Assembly: GCA_965276775.1 (NCBI GenBank)
Contig: OZ255626.1
Span: forward strand, 815,585 to 879,584
Length of the DNA stretch: 64,000 bases
Reading direction: 5' to 3'
Origin: Acidobacteriaceae bacterium
GTDB lineage: Bacteria > Acidobacteriota > Terriglobia > Terriglobales > Acidobacteriaceae
Positions 47,026-57,798 of this stretch are shown here, piece by piece. Under the pieces are notes generated by a model that searched no databases, had not been told where the DNA came from, and saw nothing but the letters and a program-made list of their open reading frames with translations. The position numbers were made by a program, and so were the translations under genes. Position 1 is the stretch's first letter. Each line of letters begins with the position of its first letter.

Positions 47026-47850
47026 CTACTTTTTCCGTCGGTTCACGATAAACACATCGGTCCGCTTGTTGTTGCGCGTCTTGTAGCCGCGCGTCGGCTG
47101 GCCCCACGGGGTCACCGGGTGCCGGCCGCCCGAGGTCTTGCCCTCGCCGCCGCCATGCGGGTGGTCAACCGGGTTCATCGAGACGCCGCGGTTGGCCGGG
47201 CGAATGCCCTTCCAGCGATTGCGCCCCGCCTTGCCAATCGTTACATTCTCGTGGTCCGTGTTGCCCACCTGCCCGATGGTCGCCATGCAGGCCACCAGCA
47301 CCCGCCGGGTTTCGCCCGAAGGCAGCTTCAAGAGCGCGTAGTCGCCCTCCTTGGCGACCAGCTGCGCGGAGGCGCCGGCCGAGCGCACCATCTGCGCACC
47401 CTTGCCCGGCCGCAGCTCGACATTGTGCACCGTCGTGCCGGCCGGAATGTTGATCAGCGGCAGCGCGTTGCCAACCAGGATGTCCGCCTCGGGGCCGCTC
47501 ATGATCGACTGGCCCACCTTGAGGCCGACCGGCTGAATGATGTAGCGCTTCTCGCCGTCGGCATAGGCGATCAGGGCGATCCGGCTGGAACGGTTGGGAT
47601 CGTATTCAATGGTCGCGACCTTGCCCGGAATCCCGTACTTTTCGCGCTTGAAGTCGATCAGGCGCAGCATCTTTTTGTGGCCGCCGCCCTGGTGGCGGAT
47701 GGTCAAATCGCCCGCGTTGCGGCGGCCGCCGGTGCGCTGTTTGACGACCACCAGCGGCTTATACGGCTTGTCGGTGGTAATGTCGTCATTCACCAGCGTG
47801 GTCTTGAACCGCAGCGTCGGTGTAATGGGTCGGTATGTCTTGATCGGCAT
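47026..47850 (-). CDS. rplB: 50S ribosomal protein L2
   Basis: [17 protein letters not shown]...[25 protein letters not shown]. Confidence 0.95.
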   Translation of the reverse strand: MPIKTYRPITPTLRFKTTLVNDDITTDKPYKPLVVVKQRTGGRRNAGDLTIRHQGGGHKKMLRLIDFKREKYGIPGKVATIEYDPNRSSRIALIAYADGEKRYIIQPVGLKVGQSIMSGPEADILVGNALPLINIPAGTTVHNVELRPGKGAQMVRSAGASAQLVAKEGDYALLKLPSGETRRVLVACMATIGQVGNTDHENVTIGKAGRNRWKGIRPANRGVSMNPVDHPHGGGEGKTSGGRHPVTPWGQPTRGYKTRNNKRTDVFIVNRRKK

Positions 47851-47937
47851 CGTTTCTACTCTTCCAGCCCGTGCCGCGCGAATCGCGCCGCCGGGCTTGC
47901 TCAATCTTGGCTCTCGCCTGCTCTTGCCCCAGCCCGG

Positions 47938-48231
47938 CTACAGACTGTCGACGTACTCCGGCATCTTTTCGCCCGCGACCAGGCGCACGTACGCCTTTTT
48001 CCAGTCCGGCTTGTAGCCCGCGAACTTGCCCCGGCGCCGCTCCTTGCCCAGGTAGTTCATGGTGCGTACCGCGGCCACCTTTACCTTGAACAGGGTCTCG
48101 ACCGCCTGCTTCACTTCGGTCTTCGTCGCCTTGGTCGCCACTTCAAACACCAGCGTGGACTCGGCTTCCTTAGCCTGCAGGCCCTTTTCGGTAATGACGG
48201 GGCGCCGCAATGTTGTGTGGAGGGTCGGCAT
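47938..48231 (-). CDS. rplW: 50S ribosomal protein L23
   Basis: LRRPVITEKGLQAKE...LVFEVATKATKTEVKQAVE. Confidence 0.93.
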   Translation of the reverse strand: MPTLHTTLRRPVITEKGLQAKEAESTLVFEVATKATKTEVKQAVETLFKVKVAAVRTMNYLGKERRRGKFAGYKPDWKKAYVRLVAGEKMPEYVDSL

Positions 48232-48232
48232 C

Positions 48233-48916
48233 TTAAGCCACCTGTGCCTTTCTTACCTGCGCGAGACGGCGTTTGGAAACCGTCTTCTTGAGCGACTCCT
48301 GCAGGGTTTCCATCGCGGACTTCGAAAAGATTGCCCGGTCGTGCCGCAGCACGTCATAAGGGTGCACTTCGGTCGAGAGCAGCAGCTCGACCTGCGCCAG
48401 GTTCCGCGCTCCCAGAATCGTGTTCGCGGCCAGCTCCTGGCTCGACTCGACCAGCAGCACCGTCCGCTTGGCATCGAGCGTATCGAGCGCCGCACGGTAG
48501 AGCTTCGTCTTGCCTTCCGGCAGCACCAGGGTGTCGACCACGATCAGCTTGCCCTCGGCATGCTTGGCCGCCAGCGCCGACCGCAGCGCGCCCAGCACCT
48601 TCTTGCGCGGAAACGCGTAGTCGTAGGAGCGCGGCTGCGGTCCGTGGACCGTGCCGCCATGGCGCCACAGCGGCGAGCGGACTGAGCCGACGCGGGCCCG
48701 TCCCGTGCCCTTCTGCTTCCACAGCTTTTTGCCCGAACCCGAAACCAGCTTCCGGTTCTTGGTCGCTGCAGTCCCCTGGCGCATGGCGGCGCGGAAGTGC
48801 TTGACCGCCTCCCACACCAGGCCCTCGTTCACCGACTCGGGTGCGAAGATCTCATCGGCGAGCTCGAAGGAGCCCACCGTTTCTCCGCGTAGATTGTGTA
48901 CATCGATCGTTGCCAT
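48233..48916 (-). CDS. rplD: 50S ribosomal protein L4
   Basis: ...GSGKKLWKQKGTGRARVGSVRSPLWRHGG. Confidence 0.95.
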   Translation of the reverse strand: MATIDVHNLRGETVGSFELADEIFAPESVNEGLVWEAVKHFRAAMRQGTAATKNRKLVSGSGKKLWKQKGTGRARVGSVRSPLWRHGGTVHGPQPRSYDYAFPRKKVLGALRSALAAKHAEGKLIVVDTLVLPEGKTKLYRAALDTLDAKRTVLLVESSQELAANTILGARNLAQVELLLSTEVHPYDVLRHDRAIFSKSAMETLQESLKKTVSKRRLAQVRKAQVA

Positions 48917-49008
48917 CGTCTTCTCTTCCGGCAGCCTTGACGCGCCGCGCCTGCTGCATCGCTCTTGATCTTGCGCCCAAAGGGGCGCGTCTGCCTGGAC
49001 GGCTAGTC

Positions 49009-49752
49009 CTATTTCTTTTTGGCTGAGGCCTTCTTCGAGGCCTTCAAGGGATCGACCGTACCAGCTCCGGCAAACCCGCGGCGCTCACGCGGCGGCGCCT
49101 TCGGCTTTGAAATCAGCACGATCCCGTCCCGCGCGCCCGGTACTGCGCCTTCCACCATAATCAAATTCTCTTCAAGGTCGATGCCGCGGATGCGCAGGTT
49201 GCGCACCGTCGTCCGGTCCACGCCGTAGTGGCCCGGCATTCTCTGCCCCGGGAACACCCGTGACGGAAAGCTCGACGCACCGATCGAGCCCTGCACCTGA
49301 AACATATGTCCGTGCGACTTGGGTCCGCCGCCGAAGTTATGACGCCGGACCACGCCCGCGAAACCCCGGCCCTTGCTCGTCCCGACCACATCCACATACT
49401 TCTCGTCCGAGAAGATATCGACCAGCACGCGGTCGCCGGCCTTGACGCCGACCTCCGCTTCTTCGCCCTCGGCAACCGGCTTGACCGCCTCGACGCCCAC
49501 TTCCTTGATCAGACGCGCAGGCGCAACATTGCTTTTGGCAAAGTGCCCGGCCTGCGGCTTGGTCACCTTCGACGCTTTGACAAACTCGACCAGGCCGATC
49601 TGCGCCGCGTCGTAGCCATCCCGCGCCATCGTCTTCAGCTGGGTAATGACGCACGGGCCCGCCTGCAGCACCGTGATCGGGTGCACATTGCCCTGCTCGT
49701 CGAACACCTGCGTCATGCCGATCTTTTTGCCCAGAATTCCAGTAACTGCCAT
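49009..49752 (-). CDS. rplC: 50S ribosomal protein L3 (C-terminal Lys-rich extension)
   Basis: [22 protein letters not shown]...[22 protein letters not shown]. Confidence 0.95.
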   Translation of the reverse strand: MAVTGILGKKIGMTQVFDEQGNVHPITVLQAGPCVITQLKTMARDGYDAAQIGLVEFVKASKVTKPQAGHFAKSNVAPARLIKEVGVEAVKPVAEGEEAEVGVKAGDRVLVDIFSDEKYVDVVGTSKGRGFAGVVRRHNFGGGPKSHGHMFQVQGSIGASSFPSRVFPGQRMPGHYGVDRTTVRNLRIRGIDLEENLIMVEGAVPGARDGIVLISKPKAPPRERRGFAGAGTVDPLKASKKASAKKK

Positions 49753-49835
49753 TGCTTTCCTTCCTCATCATGCGCCGCATGCGACGCACTGCCGGTGTTG
49801 CTGTTGCTCTTGCGTCGCCGGCGGATTACGAGCCG

Positions 49836-50153
49836 TTATTTCTCGAAAGCCTTGATCTCGACATCCACGCCCGCCGGCAGGTCGAGCTTCATCAGCGCGT
49901 CTACCGTCTGCTGCGTCGGCTCCAGGATATCGATCAGCCGCTTGTGAGTCCGGATCTCGAATGCCTCGCGCGACTTCTTATCGACGTGCGGCGAACGCAG
50001 CACGCAGTACTTGTTCTTGACCGTCGGCAGCGGAATAGGCCCGGCCACCTGCGCACCCGTGCGCTTGGCCGTCTCCACAATCTCGCCCGTCGAGGTGTCG
50101 AGCACCCTGTAGTCATAAGCCTTCAGCCGGATACGAATTCTCTGTCCTACCAT
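49836..50153 (-). CDS. rpsJ: 30S ribosomal protein S10
   Basis: [34 protein letters not shown]. Confidence 0.95.
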   Translation of the reverse strand: MVGQRIRIRLKAYDYRVLDTSTGEIVETAKRTGAQVAGPIPLPTVKNKYCVLRSPHVDKKSREAFEIRTHKRLIDILEPTQQTVDALMKLDLPAGVDVEIKAFEK

Positions 50154-50293
50154 TTCGCTTCCACATCTTTCTGCATTCCGGCGGGGCTCGCACCCCGCCG
50201 TACGCCTACCAGTACGCAAAGAACGGAACTGCTGTTAAAACGGCCGACGAAAGCACTTCGCCCGCAGGGCGCAACTGGCCCCACCGCAGGTGG

Positions 50294-51481
<1,188 letters not shown>

Positions 51482-51562
51482 GTGTCTCCTGTCGCTATGG
51501 TTCAACTGGTTCAACTGGTTCGAAACCTGTAGCTCAAACTGGTCCAGATCAGGCTGCCGGGT

Positions 51563-53656
51563 TTACCTGGCTCCGGCCTGCCCCTGGTTGCGGCCGATGA
51601 TCTCTTCCGAGATCATCCGCGGCGCTTCTTCATACCGGGCGAACTGCATCGAGTAGCTGGCCCGGCCCTGCGTCGACGAGCGGATATCGTTCACGTACCC
51701 GAACATCTCCTTGAGCGGCACCATCGCCTTGATCACCTGCGATCCGCCCGCGTGCTCCATGCCTTCGATCCGCCCGCGCCGCGAGTTGATGTCGCCGATG
51801 ATGGTGCCCATATGCTCTTCGGGCACCGTGACTTCAACCGCCATCATCGGCTCGAGCAGCACCGGACTGGCCTTACGCGCCGCTTCCTTGAACGCCATCG
51901 ACCCGGCGATCTTGAATGCCATTTCGTTTGAATCGACATCGTGGTAGCTGCCGTCGTAGAGCACAGCCTTGAAGTCGACCATCTCGTAGCCGGCCAGGAT
52001 GCCGAGGTGCAGCGCGTCGCGGATGCCCTGCTCGGTCGGCTTGATGTACTCCTTCGGTACCACGCCGCCGCGGATCGCATCGACAAACTCGAAGCCCGCG
52101 CCGGGCTCATTCGGCTCCAGGCGAATCTTGACGTGGCCATAGTTGCCCGAGCCGCCCGTCTGCCGGATGTACTTGCCCTCCGCCTCGGCGATCTTGCGGA
52201 TCGTCTCGCGGAACGCGACGCGGGGCTCGCCCACATTGGCCTCGACCTTGTGCTCCCGCTTCATGCGGTCGACCAGGATTTCAAGGTGCAGCTCGCCCAT
52301 CCCCGAGATAATGGTCTGCCCGGACTCGTGGTCGGTGCGCACCTTGAACGTCGGATCTTCATCGGCCAGCTTCGACAAGGCCACGCCCATCTTTTCCTGG
52401 TCGGCCTTGGTCTTCGGCTCGATTGCAACCGAGATCACGGTCTCCGGGAAGTCGATCGCGCCCAGCGCAATCGGCGCGCTCGGCGGGCACAGCGTGTCGC
52501 CGGTCTTGATGTCCTTCAGACCCACGCACGCGCAGATGTCGCCGGCCAGGATCTCGGTGATGTCCTCACGCTTGTTGGCGTGCATCTTGACCAGTCGCCC
52601 AACGCGCTCGGTCTTGCCGGTGCGCGGATTCTCGATGGTGTCGCCGGTCTTCAAGCTGCCCGAGTACACCCGGATGAAGGCCAGCTTGCCGAACGGGTCA
52701 TTGATCATCTTGAACGCCAGTGCGGCGAGCGGCGCGTCATCGGTTGTCGGCCGGCTCAGGGTGCGCGTGATGTCCGCCGGATCGATCCCGGTCACATCCG
52801 CCAGGTCGAGCGGGCTGGGCAGGTAGTCGACTACCGCGTCGAGCAGCGTCTGCACTCCCTTGTTCTTGAACGAAGACCCGCACAGCACCGGAAACACATG
52901 CATGCCGATGGTCGCGTTGCGCAGTCCAGCCTTGAGCTGCGCTGGGGTCGGAATCTCGCCCTCCAGAAACTGATGCATCATGGTGTCGTCGTGCTCGGAG
53001 ACCGACTCGATCAGCTGCATGCGGAAGGCTTCCGCCTTTTTGACCAGGTCCGCGGGAATCTCCTCGATCGAGTACTTCGCGCCCATCGTCTCGTCATGCC
53101 AGACGATCGCGCGCATCTCGACCAGGTCGATCACGCCCTGGAACTTCGCCTCGGCGCCAATCGGGATCTGGATCGCGACCGGCTTCGCGCCCAGCCGCTT
53201 GCGGATGGTCTCAATCACATACTCAAAGTCCGCGCCCGCCTTGTCCATCTTGTTGACGAAGCAAATCCGCGGGACCTTGTACTTGTCGCCCTGCCGCCAG
53301 ACGGTTTCGCTCTGCGGCTGCACACCCGAGACCGAGTCGAACAGAGCCACCGCGCCGTCGAGCACGCGCAGGCTGCGCTCCACCTCGGCCGTGAAGTCCA
53401 CGTGGCCGGGCGTATCGATGATGTTGATCCGCATACTGTTCCACATGCAGGTGGTCGCGGCCGAGGTGATGGTGATGCCCCGCTCCTGCTCCTGCTCCAT
53501 GTAGTCCATCGTCGCGGTGCCTTCGTGCACTTCGCCGATCCGGTGGGTGATGCCTGTATAGAAAAGAATGCGCTCGGTCGTCGTGGTCTTCCCGGCGTCG
53601 ATGTGCGCCATGATTCCGATGTTCCGGCAACGATTGAGCGGTACCTGGCGTGCCAT
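51563..53656 (-). CDS. fusA: elongation factor G
   Basis: [25 protein letters not shown]... Confidence 0.97.
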   Translation of the reverse strand: MARQVPLNRCRNIGIMAHIDAGKTTTTERILFYTGITHRIGEVHEGTATMDYMEQEQERGITITSAATTCMWNSMRINIIDTPGHVDFTAEVERSLRVLDGAVALFDSVSGVQPQSETVWRQGDKYKVPRICFVNKMDKAGADFEYVIETIRKRLGAKPVAIQIPIGAEAKFQGVIDLVEMRAIVWHDETMGAKYSIEEIPADLVKKAEAFRMQLIESVSEHDDTMMHQFLEGEIPTPAQLKAGLRNATIGMHVFPVLCGSSFKNKGVQTLLDAVVDYLPSPLDLADVTGIDPADITRTLSRPTTDDAPLAALAFKMINDPFGKLAFIRVYSGSLKTGDTIENPRTGKTERVGRLVKMHANKREDITEILAGDICACVGLKDIKTGDTLCPPSAPIALGAIDFPETVISVAIEPKTKADQEKMGVALSKLADEDPTFKVRTDHESGQTIISGMGELHLEILVDRMKREHKVEANVGEPRVAFRETIRKIAEAEGKYIRQTGGSGNYGHVKIRLEPNEPGAGFEFVDAIRGGVVPKEYIKPTEQGIRDALHLGILAGYEMVDFKAVLYDGSYHDVDSNEMAFKIAGSMAFKEAARKASPVLLEPMMAVEVTVPEEHMGTIIGDINSRRGRIEGMEHAGGSQVIKAMVPLKEMFGYVNDIRSSTQGRASYSMQFARYEEAPRMISEEIIGRNQGQAGAR

Positions 53657-53781
53657 TGTGTCTCTCTCTTTGCTTCTCGCGCCCTTGCGATGCGCGGTTG
53701 TTGTTCCTGCTGCTTGACTGAGCGCTTAACCTGACTCGTAAAACTCCGCCTGCACTCCGCAGGCAGTGCAACTTACTCCAC

Positions 53782-54255
53782 TTACCAGCGATAGTGCGCG
53801 AACGCCTTATTGGCTTCCGCCATGCGGTGGATGTCTTCCTTCTTCTTCATCGCCGCGCCGCGGCCATTCGCCGCGTCCAGCAGCTCGTTGGTCAGCTTGT
53901 CGACCATGCCCTTCTCGCCGCGCGCCCGGCCGTAGGTAACCAGCCAGCGAATGGCGAGCGACGTGCGCCGCTCCGGATTGACCTCAATCGGCACCTGGTA
54001 GTTCGCGCCGCCCACACGACGGCTCTTGACCTCGAGTAGCGGCTTGCAGTTCTCGACCGCCTTCTTGAACAGCTTCAGCGCGTCGTCGCCGCCGCCCTTG
54101 GCTTCAAGATTCGTCATCGCGGTGTAGAAGATTCCCTGCGCGGTCGACTTCTTGCCGCCCCACATCATCGAGTTCACGAACTTGGTAACCAGCGTGGACT
54201 GATAGATCGGATCGGCTACCACTTCCCGCTTTGCAATGTGACCTTTTCTCGGCAT
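53782..54255 (-). CDS. rpsG: 30S ribosomal protein S7
   Basis: [18 protein letters not shown]... Confidence 0.95.
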   Translation of the reverse strand: MPRKGHIAKREVVADPIYQSTLVTKFVNSMMWGGKKSTAQGIFYTAMTNLEAKGGGDDALKLFKKAVENCKPLLEVKSRRVGGANYQVPIEVNPERRTSLAIRWLVTYGRARGEKGMVDKLTNELLDAANGRGAAMKKKEDIHRMAEANKAFAHYRW

Positions 54256-54374
54256 CTCTTCTCTCTGTCTTCTCTCGAAATCTCAAGCGAAGCATCGCTT
54301 CGCCTACTCGCCTGCAGCTACGCTCCGCACTTGCTCTCGCGCGCGAAGCACGCCGCTGCCTGGACGGCCAGTCC

Positions 54375-54779
54375 TCATTTCTTCTTGCCCGTCGCCGCCG
54401 CCGCGCCGCCCTTGGCGCGCTTGGCCCCATACTTCGACCGGCTCTGCTTGCGCCCCGCCACGCCGACCGAATCGAGCGTGCCGCGCACCACGTGATACCG
54501 CACCCCGGGCAGGTCCTTCACACGGCCGCCGCGGATGAGCACGATCGAGTGCTCCTGCAGGTTGTGGCCAATGCCGGGAATGTAGGTCGTGACCTCGATC
54601 CCGTTGGTCAGCCGCACACGGGCCACCTTGCGCAGGGCCGAGTTCGGCTTCTTCGGGGTCTGCGTGTACACGCGCGTACACACACCCCGCCGCTGCGGCG
54701 AGCCCTGCAGCGCAGGGGATGCTGTCTTGTACCGCGGCGCCGTGCGCCCCTTGCGAACCAACTGACTGAATGTAGGCAA
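54375..54779 (-). CDS. rpsL: 30S ribosomal protein S12 (short Lys-rich C-terminal extension)
   Basis: A TTG start at 54777-54779 gives the canonical (M)[11 protein letters not shown], with an AAGGAG SD 8 nt upstream. The track's GTG at 54788 abuts the SD. Confidence 0.93.
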   Translation of the reverse strand: MPTFSQLVRKGRTAPRYKTASPALQGSPQRRGVCTRVYTQTPKKPNSALRKVARVRLTNGIEVTTYIPGIGHNLQEHSIVLIRGGRVKDLPGVRYHVVRGTLDSVGVAGRKQSRSKYGAKRAKGGAAAATGKKK

Positions 54780-55058
54780 ACCAACCACTCCTTAAAGCCG
54801 CAAAACCGCAAATGCACGCGAAACCGAAAACTCATACGTACATGCCACCCACCAACCGGCGGACGCCACCCCACATGCCCCGAAACGGGATGCGGAAACC
54901 ACAACACACACCTTCGGTGAAAGACCGTGACGGTGACCGTGCGTTTTGCCTACGCTCTCAAGGAGCGAAAAAGCAAAGCCCGGTTCCGTTTCGCGGGTCT
55001 CACCCGCATAGCCCGCCAAGGGAGCGGGTGTCGCAGGTATTGATGAATGCCGATCCGG

Positions 55059-55091
55059 TTTCCATGTTTCCATGGTTCCATGGTTTCCATG
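55059..55091. repeat. TTCCATG x4 tandem (8-9 bp period)
   Basis: tttccatg tttccatgg ttccatgg tttccatg lies in the 650-bp non-coding region upstream of rpsL. Confidence 0.85.
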
Positions 55092-55439
55092 CCAGCCGGA
55101 TGCGGCTCTGGAGCTCTCAAACTGCCTTGCAGTCCCGCAAGGGCTCCAGACAACTGCCTATATACCAAAGTCCTACTTCAACCCTGAGAAAGCGCCCTGG
55201 CAGTGCAACGCACCGAGACGAAGCCGAACCTTCCCAGAGTAACAAGAGACCTGTGACTCGTCAATCGAAAGCGGTCTTTTGCGCTGTGCAGAGCTCTGTC
55301 CCGCGCTGCCGGCTTCCGCGAACACCAGTATGCCGCCCGGTCGACACAGGTGAGGCACACTGCCTTGTTCATCGCGCGCCGGACCCAGCCAGCGCAATTT
55401 GCTGCTGGCCGCGAGCCTCGCGCTGCTACTATTCACGCC

Positions 55440-57545
55440 ATGCGTTTCGCCGCGTTTCGTCTCCCCGCCGCCCTTGCCTCAATCCTTGCCGCCTCACTCT
55501 CTCCAGCGTTTTGCCAGACGCCCTCCCCGACCGGGGAACTGCTAACCCGTTTAAGCCAAACCGGGCGTACCGGCGACGTAGCGCTTGCGCCCGACGGCAA
55601 GACCATCGCCATGGAGCTGGCCGGCAAACTGATCATTGCACCGGTCGCCAGCCCGGGCGCCGGGCACCCGGCGACGCTCTGCCCCGCGGCGGACCGCAAA
55701 GGCGGCGCGAAGACCAGCGTTTCCGCGCTCAGCTGGTCCCCGGACAGCACCCATCTCGCCGTCCTGGCCAACTGCGGCGACACTTCGCAGGTATTCGTCA
55801 CCACTGCGGAGCCAGGCTCGACAGCAAAGCCGCTCGCCACCCTGCACGGCTTCGCCAAGTCGCTTGAGTACGCACCGGACGGCAAGTCCCTCGCTCTGCT
55901 CTATGTCGAAGGCGCGACCCGGCCCTCGGGCGCGCTGGCCGCCGAGAAGCCGCCTTCCGGCGTGATCGGCGTCGAGGGCCTCGAGGTCCAGCGCGTCGCC
56001 CGGATCGATGCCCAGACGGGCGCTCTCGAACAGCTCACTCCACCCAACCTGCATGTGTTTGAGTTTTCCTTCTCGCCCGACTCGCGCCAGCTGGCCTATG
56101 TCGCCGCCGCGCCCCCGGGCGAGAACAACTGGTGGATCGCGAAGCTCTATACCCAGCCCGTCAGCCCCGGCGGCCAGGCAAGCGCCGGAGGCGAACCGAG
56201 CGCCGGCGGCCAGGCAAAAGTCATTCTCGATCCCAACACCATCGCGGGCCCGCTGCACGGCCTGCAGATCGCCGTGCCCCGCTGGTCGCCCGACGGCTCG
56301 AAAATTGCGCTGATCGGCGGGCTGATGAGCGACCAGGGCGCGACCGGCGGCGATCTGTACCTCATCCCGGCAGACGGCTCGGAAGGTCCGGTCAACGAAA
56401 CCCCGAACGCCGCGACGACCGTGCAGTGGATCGACTGGCTGCCCAGTGGCAAGCTGATCGCGACGGAAATCGACGGCGGCTCGGAGCGGATCGACGAGCT
56501 CAGCTTCACCTTTCCACCCGGCTTCAAGGCGCCCGGAGGAACCCGCATCGGCGTGGTCAACCGGCTCACCGACTGTGTCGTGCAGAAGCTGCCCTACTCG
56601 GTCGGCGACGGGGGCCTGGCCGGCTCGATCGGGCTCTCCCGCGACGGCAGCATCGCGGCCTGGACGGCTTCCAGCTACTCCCAGGCGCCCGAGGTATACG
56701 CCGGCCCGCTCGGCGCGGCGGCGCTGCCGGCCGTCAGCCACCTCAACGACCGGCAAAAGCCTTCCTGGGGTAAAGCCGAGTCGATCGACTGGACCAACGA
56801 GGGCTTCCACGTGCAGGGCTGGCTGCTGTACCCGGCCAATTACGACCAGGCGAAGAAGTACGGCCTGATCGTCATGGTCCATGGCGGCCCTTCTTCCGCT
56901 GTTACGCCGCGCTGGCCGCGCGCGGGCTTCGGGGCCGCGCCGCTGGCCGCCTCGGGCTACTTCGTGCTCGAGCCCAACCCGCGCGGATCGTATGGGCAGG
57001 GGGAGAAGTTCACCGAGGCCAACCGCAAGGATTTCGGCTACGGCGATCTGCGCGACATCCTCGCCGGCGTGGACGCGGTCGAGAAGCAGATCCCGGCAGT
57101 CGATGACAACCGGCTCGGGCTCACCGGCTGGAGCTACGGCGGGTTCATGACCATGTTCGGCGTCACCCAGACCCACCGCTTCAAGGCCGCGGTCGCCGGC
57201 GCCGGCATCTCAGACTGGCTCTCCTACTACGGCGAAAACTCGATCGACCAGTGGATGACCCCGTTTTTCGGCGCCACCGTCTACAAGGACCCGGCGGTCT
57301 ACGCCAAAAGCTCCGCGATCCACTTCATCGATAAGGTCACCACGCCCACGCTGATCGTGGTCGGCGACCGCGACGGCGAGTGCCCGGCCCCGCAGAGCTT
57401 CGAGTTCTGGCACGCGCTTGAGGCTTTCCACGTCCCCACCACCTTCGTCGTCTACCCAGACGAGGGCCACGGCTTCGTCAACCCGGACCACCAGAGGGAC
57501 GTGCTCGAACGGTCGATCCGCTGGTTCGACAAGTACCTGCGGTAG
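55440..57545 (+). CDS. S9-family serine peptidase (prolyl oligopeptidase/acylaminoacyl-peptidase type) with N-terminal beta-propeller
   Basis: Signal peptide MRFAAFRLPAALASILAASLSPAFCQ. TolB-like propeller repeats (SPDGK, WSPDG). The catalytic residues are GWSYGGFMT (Ser), VGDRDGECP (Asp) and DEGHGF (His). Confidence 0.9.
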   Translation: MRFAAFRLPAALASILAASLSPAFCQTPSPTGELLTRLSQTGRTGDVALAPDGKTIAMELAGKLIIAPVASPGAGHPATLCPAADRKGGAKTSVSALSWSPDSTHLAVLANCGDTSQVFVTTAEPGSTAKPLATLHGFAKSLEYAPDGKSLALLYVEGATRPSGALAAEKPPSGVIGVEGLEVQRVARIDAQTGALEQLTPPNLHVFEFSFSPDSRQLAYVAAAPPGENNWWIAKLYTQPVSPGGQASAGGEPSAGGQAKVILDPNTIAGPLHGLQIAVPRWSPDGSKIALIGGLMSDQGATGGDLYLIPADGSEGPVNETPNAATTVQWIDWLPSGKLIATEIDGGSERIDELSFTFPPGFKAPGGTRIGVVNRLTDCVVQKLPYSVGDGGLAGSIGLSRDGSIAAWTASSYSQAPEVYAGPLGAAALPAVSHLNDRQKPSWGKAESIDWTNEGFHVQGWLLYPANYDQAKKYGLIVMVHGGPSSAVTPRWPRAGFGAAPLAASGYFVLEPNPRGSYGQGEKFTEANRKDFGYGDLRDILAGVDAVEKQIPAVDDNRLGLTGWSYGGFMTMFGVTQTHRFKAAVAGAGISDWLSYYGENSIDQWMTPFFGATVYKDPAVYAKSSAIHFIDKVTTPTLIVVGDRDGECPAPQSFEFWHALEAFHVPTTFVVYPDEGHGFVNPDHQRDVLERSIRWFDKYLR

Positions 57546-57550
57546 GGATT

Positions 57551-57669
57551 AGGAGTCAGGAATCAGGAGTCAGAAAACGAAGAGGTGGGCTCTACTTGCT
57601 TTCCTGACTCCTGACTCCTGTTCCCGGCCTCGATTTTCCTTCCTCCTGACTCCTGTTTCCTGATTCCTG
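57551..57669. repeat. GGAGTCAGG heptamer-type inverted repeat; probable terminator hairpin after the peptidase gene, plus an extra downstream copy
   Basis: aggagtcaggaatcaggagtcag (57551-57573) pairs with cctgactcctgactcc (57603-57618). A further copy cctcctgactcctgtttcctgattcctg lies at 57644-57669. Confidence 0.7.
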
Positions 57670-57798
57670 CGCCTTCCCCCCTGACGCCTTCGCTCCGGTG
57701 CTGTAAACTTTGCTGGCAGCACTCTTCTCCCGCACGATCCCAAACGAGCGAGTGGCAACAACCGTCTGTGCACCATTTCCGGCAGGCGGGGAGGTTTC

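Noticed and set aside
51515-51530. T-arm-like GGTTCGAAACC and other tRNA-like snippets; I searched generally for tRNA or rRNA genes.
   Set aside because: There is no flanking acceptor or anticodon arm context. No cloverleaf could be drawn anywhere in the intergenic regions I read.
54792-55867. ORFs 54792-55073 (-), 54812-55867 (+) and 54950-55168 (-) in the rpsL upstream region.
   Set aside because: They have low-complexity or His/Arg/Pro-rich products and no SD. The + strand ORF runs through the well-supported peptidase gene in another frame.
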